The position numbers were made by a program, and so were the translations under genes. The notes below the pieces were generated by a model. The model made no database searches. It was not told where the DNA came from and saw nothing but the letters and a program-made list of their open reading frames with translations. Source: a virus. From it: 59,806 bases of DNA. The DNA lies in the IMG/VR virus record IMGVR_UViG_3300045988_166944. One strand, given 5' to 3'. How positions within the stretch are numbered: the first letter of the stretch is position 1; each line of letters starts with the position of its first letter. This document shows positions 7,724 to 15,492 of the stretch, piece by piece.

Positions 7724-8537
7724 ATGCCAAGTAATCGCCGACTCTATTATGGGCGGCACTCGTATCACTTCGGTTCAGGTCAAATACCCACGCTTCATCC
7801 TACCGCAACTGAACACCCACCGCGTATTCAGCCGTAGCACCGCATCGAGCCGCGCCGTGCCGACCACCAAGCTGATTGAGATGGTTCGCAACGAACCAGT
7901 CATCCCCGTGCATTGGGGTCAGAATCAAGCAGGCATGGTGGCTGAATCCGAGATGGACGAAGCGCGTATCCGCTCCGCTCGTATTCTATGGTCACATGCC
8001 GCTGACACCGCCGCTAATATTGCCCAAGAACTTGCTGATATTGGTGTACACAAGCAAGTAGTAAACCGCATTCTTGAGCCGTTTATGTGGGCGGAAACCA
8101 TCATCACTGCTACCGAGTGGGAGAACTTCTTCACACTGCGCCTCGCAGATGATGCACAGCCTGAAATTCAAGCACTGGCAAAAGCAATCCATCAGGCAAT
8201 GGCGGAATCCGTTCCTGAACAACGTGCGTTCCATCTTCCGTATCTGCGTGAAGATGAACTCAATAATACCCGATGGACGTATACTCAAAAGGCGAAAATC
8301 TCAGCCGCCCGTTGCGCCCGTGTGTCGTATTTGAATCACAACAAGCAAAAACCATCCGTTGAGGAAGATTTCAAACTCGCCGAGCGTTTGATTGAAGCGG
8401 GTCATATGTCGCCGTTCGACCATCAGGCTAAGTTTAATAGCGTAGAAGCATACCGAAACGAAAATCGCAACTTCCGTAACTGGCAGCCGTATCGCACACT
8501 CTTGGAAGACACGGGAGGTTGGGATGGAATCCATTAA
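7716..8537 (+). CDS. thyX: Flavin-dependent thymidylate synthase ThyX
   Basis: A ThyX signature variant, THRVFSRSTASSRA, stands in for RHRx7SxR. AQPEIQALAKAI is also present and the length (273 aa) is typical. Confidence 0.8.
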   Translation: MIECQVIADSIMGGTRITSVQVKYPRFILPQLNTHRVFSRSTASSRAVPTTKLIEMVRNEPVIPVHWGQNQAGMVAESEMDEARIRSARILWSHAADTAANIAQELADIGVHKQVVNRILEPFMWAETIITATEWENFFTLRLADDAQPEIQALAKAIHQAMAESVPEQRAFHLPYLREDELNNTRWTYTQKAKISAARCARVSYLNHNKQKPSVEEDFKLAERLIEAGHMSPFDHQAKFNSVEAYRNENRNFRNWQPYRTLLEDTGGWDGIH

Positions 8538-8880
8538 CAATGGTGATTGCGCTCGCCGACAATTCAACGACGAGTTGTTCGGGGTCATTAACGACACCAG
8601 CAAACGCCAAATGGAATTTGAGGAGTATCTGTTACTCACATTCCTTGAACGCGGCACAGTCGACCTTGATTGCCTCAGTTTTGGCGAGCGTGTAAAACTT
8701 CACGACCTCGGTGAAGAGGGTGTTATTTTTGCGCCAGTCACAGGTGAGTTCTGTATGCAGCGTGGTTATTTCAAAGAGTTATGCGCTCGCTACGTTAAGA
8801 CCGGAATCAGCATGGCTTTGGTCGAAAGATTTTTAAAACAACCCATGACGGGTTTATATGGAGACGACAATGAACGTTAA
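8524..8880 (+). CDS. Hypothetical protein (118 aa)
   Basis: GGGAGG RBS. No motif was recognised. Confidence 0.55.
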   Translation: MESINNGDCARRQFNDELFGVINDTSKRQMEFEEYLLLTFLERGTVDLDCLSFGERVKLHDLGEEGVIFAPVTGEFCMQRGYFKELCARYVKTGISMALVERFLKQPMTGLYGDDNER

Positions 8881-9310
8881 AATTAAGAAGGTTCACCCTG
8901 AGGCGAAAACACCTGTCTACGGTAGCGAAGGAGCTGCTTGTTTCGACCTGTATGCTGTAAGTATTATCGGCACTGAGTCCGAAACCGAACGCACCGTCCT
9001 CTATGGCACAGGGCTTCAGTTCGAAGTACCAGAAGGCCATGTGATGATGATTTACAGCCGAAGCGGACATGGTTTCAAACACGGCATCACACTGGCGAAC
9101 AGCACAGGCATTGTGGATGCGGATTATCGCGGTGAGGTGATGGTCAAACTCACCAAACGCGACACCAGCGTCCACGGCATGCCCGCCGTCGGAGAACGTA
9201 TTGCGCAGGCGATGATTATCCCTGTTGAGCAGGTTGCGTTTGAAGAAACCGACGAACTGTCAGATACTCAACGCGGTGAAGGCGGTTTTGGTAGTACGGG
9301 TGTGAAATAA
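8870..9310 (+). CDS. dut: dUTP diphosphatase
   Basis: Contains the dUTPase motifs GAACFDLYA, NSTGIVDADYRGEV and RGEGGFGSTG. ATG at 8870 follows a GGAGA RBS; the track start is 8858. Confidence 0.9.
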   Translation: MNVKIKKVHPEAKTPVYGSEGAACFDLYAVSIIGTESETERTVLYGTGLQFEVPEGHVMMIYSRSGHGFKHGITLANSTGIVDADYRGEVMVKLTKRDTSVHGMPAVGERIAQAMIIPVEQVAFEETDELSDTQRGEGGFGSTGVK

Positions 9311-9336
9311 TTTGTAATTTAATATCTAACTAAATA

Positions 9337-9372
9337 AAGCACTTAGCCGTATTTTACGACTAAGTGCTTTTT
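9337..9372 (+). terminator. Rho-independent terminator (cassette R2)
   Basis: Stem aagcacttag / ctaagtgctt followed by a T-run. Confidence 0.8.
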
Positions 9373-9378
9373 AATTTC

Positions 9379-9407
9379 TTGACAATACTTATAGGCGTTG
9401 ATATTAT
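9379..9407 (+). promoter_or_regulatory. Sigma70-type promoter (cassette R2)
   Basis: TTGACA (9379-9384), a 17-nt spacer, then TATTAT (9402-9407). Confidence 0.8.
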
Positions 9408-9526
9408 TCACTTATCAACCAACAACGGAAATAAAGGAATCAATCATAAAATATCACGTCTTTAATAAGAAACCAACTCGTACTGCTATCGAAGAGGCTA
9501 TGTGATACAGCGACCCACAGGAGCAA

Positions 9527-9817
9527 ATGGAATCCCTCGCCCATGCCACTTTCCCAGAGAAAGGTGAATTATGGCAAAACATTTACACAGGGCGAATTCT
9601 TGTTATCTGAAGCAAGCATATATCAATTCAAGGCGCGCCGACGGGTGCTGACGTGGTTGATGCTTTCGGTGTCGTCGTAGCTGACGTAATCGGCAGTGAA
9701 ATGGAAGTTGATTTAGACCTCTTCTTCACATTGCGCCAACTTTTGAACTATAAAAAAATTGGTCGTCTGAAAAGAAATTGGTCGAAGTTTAAGGTTACAG
9801 GAGCTGAAAATGAATAA
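9527..9817 (+). CDS. 96-codon ORF interrupted by one in-frame TGA (9608-9610); either read through or nonsense-disrupted
   Basis: AGGAGCAA RBS followed by ATG at 9527. The frame stays open to 9817 apart from a single TGA. No alternative long ORF exists in 9408-9809. Confidence 0.4.
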
Positions 9818-9977
9818 AGAATCTTATGATGAAATTACAAAATTGTTGAATCTGGCTACTGATTATATTCGTAACTGCGAACGTTATAATGGTGGCAATG
9901 ACGGTCTAAAGGCTCGCGCTTCAATAGCTGAAGTCCAGCGAAAACTCAAAGAATTGGCGGAGGAATCCCATGAGTAA
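9810..9977 (+). CDS. Small hypothetical protein (55 aa)
   Basis: The sequence aggagctgaaaATG matches the RBS and start context of the gene at 13375. It is below the length cut-off of the ORF track. Confidence 0.5.
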   Translation: MNKESYDEITKLLNLATDYIRNCERYNGGNDGLKARASIAEVQRKLKELAEESHE

Positions 9978-10134
9978 TGCTTTTACGAAAAAGTATCTTG
10001 CATATTATGAAAACGAAGATGGTTACGATTGGCAGGAAATCATCTCCGTTTGTGAAGGAGACAATCCTTTTCCCAAAGCATATGCCGAATGCCCCATGGG
10101 TTACCACTTGGTGTATCTTTCCGAGTGCAAATAA
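9970..10134 (+). CDS. Small Cys-containing hypothetical protein (54 aa)
   Basis: ATG at 9970 overlaps the upstream gene end. It is below the track cut-off. It replaces the antisense track ORF 9946-10158. Confidence 0.45.
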   Translation: MSNAFTKKYLAYYENEDGYDWQEIISVCEGDNPFPKAYAECPMGYHLVYLSECK

Positions 10135-10182
10135 AGATATGCCGTAAGCTTTTATCAATCAGTTTTATTTAAAGGAAGTATC

Positions 10183-10548
10183 ATGAATATTGTGAATTTC
10201 ACCCAACACAAAGCAACACAAGAACAGATTGCGTCTGGAGTAGTTGATATTATTCCAGTATCTCAACGAAATGAGGCTCTGACTTTTGAAAATATCCCAA
10301 CCGCCGAAGATATTCGGAATCGCGCAGACACTGCTGTGAAAATGGTGACTGAGATTGCCGAAAATGGGTCTTTGGTTATGATTGGCGGCGCGCCGTTCTT
10401 CATGGGGTCTTTAGAAACTGCTTTGAAAAACGCTGGGTTCAGACCTGTATACGCGTTCTCGGAACGTAAATCAGTCGACGTAGTGAAGGACGACGGTAGT
10501 GTTGTTAAAACCGCCGTATTCGTACACAAGGGGTTTGTTGAAGTCTGA
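10183..10548 (+). CDS. Hypothetical protein (121 aa)
   Basis: AAAGGAAG RBS. It contains the pattern FTQHKATQEQ...GV ... MIGGAPFFM, but I cannot assign a function. Confidence 0.6.
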   Translation: MNIVNFTQHKATQEQIASGVVDIIPVSQRNEALTFENIPTAEDIRNRADTAVKMVTEIAENGSLVMIGGAPFFMGSLETALKNAGFRPVYAFSERKSVDVVKDDGSVVKTAVFVHKGFVEV

Positions 10549-10592
10549 TGGTGAAGACATGACCTTGTACACAAGAACGAAAGGTGCATTAA

Positions 10593-10856
10593 ATGATTAT
10601 GAAATCAGTGAAATACTTTCTGGGTATTTCAGCGAAAAGTAAGGCAAAAGGCTCTCCGCTTTTTGGTAAGAACAAACAAAACTACCCGCTCTACAAGCAT
10701 TATAAAGGTGGTTTATATCGACTCCTGATAGTCGCCATCTCCGAGGAGTCTGGTGCGGAACAAGCGGTATACCGTTCGGAAGCGACAGGTATCGTGTACA
10801 CTCGCCCCATGCACGAGTTCAAAGAAAAGTTCAAAGAACTTGATGTAGGTATTTAA
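10593..10856 (+). CDS. DUF1653-like small protein
   Basis: YKHYKGGLYRLL ... AVYRSEATGIVYTRPMHEF matches the pattern I recall for DUF1653. Confidence 0.55.
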   Translation: MIMKSVKYFLGISAKSKAKGSPLFGKNKQNYPLYKHYKGGLYRLLIVAISEESGAEQAVYRSEATGIVYTRPMHEFKEKFKELDVGI

Positions 10857-10857
10857 A

Positions 10858-11142
10858 ATGGATTATCAAGACGAACTGGAAGTCATGTTCTGGCATGGCA
10901 CTAATTGTGATGGCGTGACTGCAACACATCAAAGCAGCTTGCGCGTAGAGATTGTATCCCCTCTAAGTGAACACGGATTAGCTCGTATCAGCATTGAGCA
11001 TACACGCGAAGACGTTTGTCATCCTATCACTGGCTACAATACTGAAACGGCTTTTGCGTTTGCCGACTTAGCCGAAGAGGAACTCGATGCCTTAATCGGC
11101 ATGTTGGAAACATGTAAATCGAAGCTCAAACAAGGAAATTAA
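10858..11142 (+). CDS. Hypothetical protein (94 aa)
   Basis: Packed + strand ORF. No motif was recognised. Confidence 0.55.
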   Translation: MDYQDELEVMFWHGTNCDGVTATHQSSLRVEIVSPLSEHGLARISIEHTREDVCHPITGYNTETAFAFADLAEEELDALIGMLETCKSKLKQGN

Positions 11143-11143
11143 T

Positions 11144-11716
11144 ATGAAAGCAATCCTCACAAAACATCATTTCATGGTCGACTTGGAAACACTGTCGTCA
11201 CAATCGAATGCACATATCCTCGAAACAGCATTGGTTTGTTTTAATCCTGTATCTGGCGACGTGTATGACAATCGGGGTTTCCATTTTCGACATGGGTTGG
11301 ATGAGCAACCGCGTTCTCACACTAGCACTGACACACTTGCTTGGTGGTATGAAACAAATCGTAATTATCTTGCCGAACTTTTCAATCCTGCCGAGAAACA
11401 CTCACTAATGGATACTCTGTGGCGCATGAAAACCTTGTTTGATAATGCTCGTAACAACGGCGGTCTGCTCGTATGGAACACTGGCACATTTGACGTTGAC
11501 ATTTTAAACAACGCCTTCAATCGTTTGGTTGACCCAAAAACGACACTGATTAATTTCTGGGAAGTGCGTGATTGTCGTTCGCTTCGAACTATCGCCGAGA
11601 TATTCCCACGCTTGCAGCAATCAGTATTTGCCACAACACATAACGCTTATGAAGACTGCATTCGTCAAATCAGCTATATTACCCATGTTACTCAATACTT
11701 GGCTGAACAGGATTAA
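11144..11716 (+). CDS. DEDDh-type 3'-5' exonuclease
   Basis: Motifs FMVDLETLS (Exo I), WNTGTFDVDILNNAF (Exo II) and HNAYEDCIRQ (Exo III with His). Confidence 0.7.
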   Translation: MKAILTKHHFMVDLETLSSQSNAHILETALVCFNPVSGDVYDNRGFHFRHGLDEQPRSHTSTDTLAWWYETNRNYLAELFNPAEKHSLMDTLWRMKTLFDNARNNGGLLVWNTGTFDVDILNNAFNRLVDPKTTLINFWEVRDCRSLRTIAEIFPRLQQSVFATTHNAYEDCIRQISYITHVTQYLAEQD

Positions 11717-11717
11717 T

Positions 11718-11906
11718 ATGGCTGCAACAATGAAACGTTTATCGCGGGATGACATTAAAGCATTTCGCGATAGTCTTGACAGACGAAACTTTTTTTTACA
11801 CGGAAACGCGTCCTACGAGAAACCGCTTCCAAAATCGGTGATTGCTCGCCGAACGGAACGTCAAGTCGCAATGCGTTTTGAGCATCGCGATAAAGACGAC
11901 ATTTAA
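11718..11906 (+). CDS. Small hypothetical protein (62 aa)
   Basis: ATG at 11718 lies immediately after the exonuclease stop. The longer track ORF from 11568 overlaps the exonuclease gene. Confidence 0.5.
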   Translation: MAATMKRLSRDDIKAFRDSLDRRNFFLHGNASYEKPLPKSVIARRTERQVAMRFEHRDKDDI

Positions 11907-11928
11907 CTTATCAAAGAAAGGTATTACT

Positions 11929-13248
11929 ATGAAGAAAACTCTGATTGGGATTGGCATTGCTCTTGTAGCAGCATCTCAATTAACTATGGCTGAAGTAGGT
12001 CGCAGCGCGATTGTCAACGGCAATTACGCCACGGCTGAAGGCGCGGGCGCAACTGCTATCGGTATGCACTCACACGCCGATGCAAACCTCTCAAGTGCGT
12101 ATGGTGCGCATGCGAAGGCAAGCGGCGTAACTTCACAGGCGTTCGGTAGTGATTCGTGGGCTAAGGGTTACTCTACAACAGCCGTAGGTAAAGGTACACT
12201 GGCGGAAGGCTCTGCGTCTACCGCAGTGGGCGCACACGCCACAACGATTGGTAACAGTTCCTCCGCACTGGGTCTGCACGCAAATGCAATCGGTGGTCAA
12301 TCCACCGCCCTCGGTCAGTCGTCCGTCGCACGTGGCGACCAGTCAACGGCGGTTGGTAGCGGGGCAACAACGGAAGCCCGATTCAGCACTGCCATCGGAA
12401 CTAACGCCAAGACCAAACATTACGGCGGTGTCGCCCTCGGCTTCGGTTCGACGACCAGCGATTTCAACGGCGTATCCACTGCCACCGTCAACGGCATGAC
12501 TTATGGTAAGTTCGCAGGCAACCATCCATCGTCCGTGGTATCAATCGGCTCTGAAGGCTTCGAACGCCAGTTGCAAAACGTTGCTGCTGGTAATGTAACC
12601 GAAACGTCCACCGACGCAGTGAATGGCTCTCAGTTACACGCCGTCGCGTCTCAAGTAAGCACCAATTCGAAGGTGAATGACGCGCAGGACGCACGCATTG
12701 ATGCGCATGGCGAAATGTTGAATTCCCATCAAGAACAACTCGTCAATGTTCGTCAGACATTGCGACAACAAGCCTTTTGGCAAGATGTGCAGGACGATGC
12801 CATTCAAGAACTGCGGCAAGGTACATACGATTTGTACGGGCAAATCTTGGATACCCAGAAATGGGCGAGCGGTTACTTCGACGTACTTCGCGATACCATT
12901 GATAAAGACCGACGCAACAACAACGCTGGTGTGGCTGGCGCAATCGCTATCGGTACTATGATGCAACCGTATGAAGCGGGTCAAAGCGCAATCACTGTCG
13001 GCGCAGGTACGTTCAAGAATGAAGCCGCTGTCGCCGTTGGCGCATCCCATATCACCGAAAACGGTAAGTGGGGTTTCAAAGGCGGTGTGTCTGCCGATAC
13101 TCGTAAAAATATCGGCATCGGTCTGAGCGCGGCGTATTTCTTCGGCGCAAAACCGAAAGCAGTAGCAGCCCTGCAGCAAGTGATTGTTAAAGAAACCGTC
13201 GTTGTGCGTGAACCCGTGGTTGTTACCGACAAGAAAATTCGTCAGTAA
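11929..13248 (+). CDS. Trimeric autotransporter adhesin (YadA/Hia-like), 439 aa
   Basis: Signal peptide MKKTLIGIGIALVAASQLTMA. Head repeats of the type S(T/A)A(V/I)G..A.A.G. Neck sequence SVVSIGSEGFERQLQNVAAG...AVNGSQLHAV. A coiled-coil stalk. YadA-type anchor AGVAGAIAIG...GIGLSAAYFF, followed by a 34-aa tail. Confidence 0.9.
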   Translation: MKKTLIGIGIALVAASQLTMAEVGRSAIVNGNYATAEGAGATAIGMHSHADANLSSAYGAHAKASGVTSQAFGSDSWAKGYSTTAVGKGTLAEGSASTAVGAHATTIGNSSSALGLHANAIGGQSTALGQSSVARGDQSTAVGSGATTEARFSTAIGTNAKTKHYGGVALGFGSTTSDFNGVSTATVNGMTYGKFAGNHPSSVVSIGSEGFERQLQNVAAGNVTETSTDAVNGSQLHAVASQVSTNSKVNDAQDARIDAHGEMLNSHQEQLVNVRQTLRQQAFWQDVQDDAIQELRQGTYDLYGQILDTQKWASGYFDVLRDTIDKDRRNNNAGVAGAIAIGTMMQPYEAGQSAITVGAGTFKNEAAVAVGASHITENGKWGFKGGVSADTRKNIGIGLSAAYFFGAKPKAVAALQQVIVKETVVVREPVVVTDKKIRQ

Positions 13249-13267
13249 TTTAATATCTCACTAAATA

Positions 13268-13303
13268 AAGCACTTAGCCGTAAAATACAGCTAAGTGCTT
13301 TTT
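13268..13303 (+). terminator. Rho-independent terminator (cassette R3)
   Basis: An 11-bp stem aagcacttagc / gctaagtgctt followed by a T-run. Confidence 0.8.
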
Positions 13304-13309
13304 AATTTC

Positions 13310-13338
13310 TTGACAATACTTATACACGTTGATATTAT
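13310..13338 (+). promoter_or_regulatory. Sigma70-type promoter (cassette R3)
   Basis: TTGACA (13310-13315), a 17-nt spacer, then TATTAT (13333-13338). Confidence 0.8.
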
Positions 13339-13374
13339 TCACTCACTACTTAACAACAAACGAAGGAGCTGAAA

Positions 13375-13857
13375 ATGGCGTATACCGACGAAGAACTGCG
13401 CGAGATGCTGCTTAGCGCGAATCGTGAACTGTACCGATTAACCGAGAGTTTGTGCTATATGAAAGCACCTACAGTCCTTATTCACAATATTCTGCATACG
13501 AAATCGTTAAACGACGTTGAAGAAGATGTACTCAACAGGCTTGACCGCTACAAGCGCGTTTCTGCCGTGTTGAGTTATTTGGAAGATATTGGTGGCAAAA
13601 TAACCCATAAGGGAAATCTCTACTTCTTTAACGAAGACGAAGGTGTTTCGTGGGGTACTATTGAGGAGTTACTCAGTGATGACACAATATATGACGGGGA
13701 AGCCTTCGTGTTGACCGTTGAAGAAATTGTGCCGAAGTTGTTGAAGCCGCTTCTTGATGAGTGTATTGAAAACAAAAACAGGGATGCTATTTATCAGCTA
13801 TCACAGTCCATTAATTATGTGTTTAACCACATGCTTGAAGACAGCAAAGACGAATAG
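13375..13857 (+). CDS. Hypothetical protein (160 aa), paralog of 14127-14630
   Basis: Shares YFFN, YDGE and I(V/I)P(K/E)LL.P blocks with the gene at 14127. Confidence 0.6.
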   Translation: MAYTDEELREMLLSANRELYRLTESLCYMKAPTVLIHNILHTKSLNDVEEDVLNRLDRYKRVSAVLSYLEDIGGKITHKGNLYFFNEDEGVSWGTIEELLSDDTIYDGEAFVLTVEEIVPKLLKPLLDECIENKNRDAIYQLSQSINYVFNHMLEDSKDE

Positions 13858-13868
13858 TTGGGGTTGCC

Positions 13869-14123
13869 ATGAGAATCTGTAAAGAACAACCAGCCGATTG
13901 GGACGGCAAACACCTTCTACAATGCAAGCATTTGTTGAATAGTAAGTCAAAGATTCGCTATTTGATGTATTGCAATCATCTCGGTTATACCAAGTCAGGT
14001 AAGATTAAACTGCTTGTGTTCGGTGAACGATATACTCATACCAGAGGTGGTCGGGTGCGATATATTGACGATGAGTCTCGTGTATACGAAGCGAACGATT
14101 TTAACGTAGCTAAGGAGTATTAA
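13869..14123 (+). CDS. Hypothetical protein (84 aa)
   Basis: Packed + strand ORF. No motif was recognised. Confidence 0.5.
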   Translation: MRICKEQPADWDGKHLLQCKHLLNSKSKIRYLMYCNHLGYTKSGKIKLLVFGERYTHTRGGRVRYIDDESRVYEANDFNVAKEY

Positions 14124-14126
14124 ATT

Positions 14127-14630
14127 ATGGAAGAAGCCGACATTAAATTTGCATTACGAAACATTGCAGCAGCTAATTTAAGCCTATGTGACCAGCTAAT
14201 ATCTCTTAATGCAAGCCCTACGATGATTGCACAAAACGCGCTGGGTGGTTTTATTGCGGATGCCGAAACTGTTGAAGAGTATGTTAACCGTATAACAACA
14301 GAAAACGAGCGATTAAAACTTGGTATCGCACGGCTTAAGTGGCTAGAAGTTGATATGACGGATAAATGCAATGTCTACTTCTTTAACAAAATACGAGGTG
14401 TTGTTACAACCAATCCTCAGAAGCTATTGGATGTTGATGGCGTATATGACGGTGAGCGTGTTGTTGCGGATATTGAGCAGATTATTCCAGAATTATTGAT
14501 ACCGGCATTACGCGATTCCCTTAAAACTTCAGACATCAATATGTGTATGCGAATCAATGACTCCATTGCTGAGGTTTTAACTATGCTTGATAAACAAAAG
14601 GAAAAGGAAATGGAAATGGAAAATGAATAA
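14127..14630 (+). CDS. Hypothetical protein (167 aa), paralog of 13375-13857
   Basis: Collinear conserved blocks with the gene at 13375. Confidence 0.6.
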   Translation: MEEADIKFALRNIAAANLSLCDQLISLNASPTMIAQNALGGFIADAETVEEYVNRITTENERLKLGIARLKWLEVDMTDKCNVYFFNKIRGVVTTNPQKLLDVDGVYDGERVVADIEQIIPELLIPALRDSLKTSDINMCMRINDSIAEVLTMLDKQKEKEMEMENE

Positions 14631-15054
14631 ACATCCACATGCAGAACTCATGAAACAGTACGCCGAAGATGCGATGAAAACAGATAAACCATATAAGCTA
14701 TGGCTTTATCGGAAAAATGGCGACTGTAATTGGGTTTGATGCGAAGATAATCCCGTTTGGAGCGAGTTCTGCGAATACAAGCGTCGAGCATCGAGCGTAA
14801 TGGTCGAAAATATTGAATTCCCAGAACCTTACATGCCGTCGATGAAGATTGATTCTGACCGTGTGTTTTACACAATACGCGTATCCGAAAAAGGTCTCAT
14901 TACTGAGGAAATCAACAGGCATCGGGCTAATTTTGAGAAATTTGACGACCTTCACAAACGCGGTTTAATTTTTGAGCGACTCGAAGATTGCGAGCGTTAC
15001 ATCGAATCGCTCACCAAGTTAAACAATAAAATAATCGCATATTTTAACCAATAA
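14623..15054 (+). CDS. 143-codon ORF interrupted by one in-frame TGA (14737-14739)
   Basis: ATG at 14623 gives MNKHPHAELMKQYAEDAM...GDCNWV, then TGA, then CEDNPVWSEFCEYKRR... in the same frame. The track reports only the distal part, 14800-15054. Confidence 0.45.
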
Positions 15055-15068
15055 GAGAAAGACTGATT

Positions 15069-15293
15069 ATGAAACGTAAAATCTGTTTTATGGAATACGA
15101 CAACAACGCGCAGGCGTATGTTGAAACTCGCACAACACCAGTTGCACGACACAAAGGGTTGGCTGAAATCGAAAAGACTGCGCACCGTGAATGCGGCAAA
15201 TTGCAACGCGAGAATCCGCAGGCAAAGTTGGCATATATCATCTTTGACGAACACGGTGATGCCGTTGTGAAGAAGGAATACCGCAATGAGTAA
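15069..15293 (+). CDS. Hypothetical protein (74 aa)
   Basis: Packed + strand ORF. No motif was recognised. Confidence 0.5.
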   Translation: MKRKICFMEYDNNAQAYVETRTTPVARHKGLAEIEKTAHRECGKLQRENPQAKLAYIIFDEHGDAVVKKEYRNE

Positions 15294-15492
15294 AACCCGA
15301 GTCTGTAAGAATTGCGGTGTTCAATACCCGCTCGATAACGAGCATTTCCCATCTCGTTGGAATGACAAATATCGAACGGGTGTTAAATATCTCTACCGAT
15401 GCCGTGATTGCCAACGTCTCTATAATGCTGAAATGAAGCGCAGACAGCGTTCCCGTGATAAAGAGAAAGGTATTTGCCGTGAATTCAAATAA
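15286..15492 (+). CDS. Zinc-ribbon protein (68 aa) with a basic tail
   Basis: CKNC ... CRDC pairs followed by [11 protein letters not shown]. Function unknown. Confidence 0.55.
   Translation: MSKTRVCKNCGVQYPLDNEHFPSRWNDKYRTGVKYLYRCRDCQRLYNAEMKRRQRSRDKEKGICREFK

Noticed and set aside
9946-10158. A 70-aa minus-strand ORF
   Set aside because: It is isolated on the minus strand within a + strand block. The same DNA encodes two + strand small ORFs (9810-9977 and 9970-10134) with good RBS and overlap coupling.
9608-14739. Selenocysteine or genome-wide TGA reassignment as the explanation for the in-frame TGAs at 9608 and 14737
   Set aside because: I could not find a convincing stem-loop directly downstream of either TGA. 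Well-supported genes (the endolysin, and the genes ending at 5568 and 10548) terminate on TGA, so code reassignment is unlikely.
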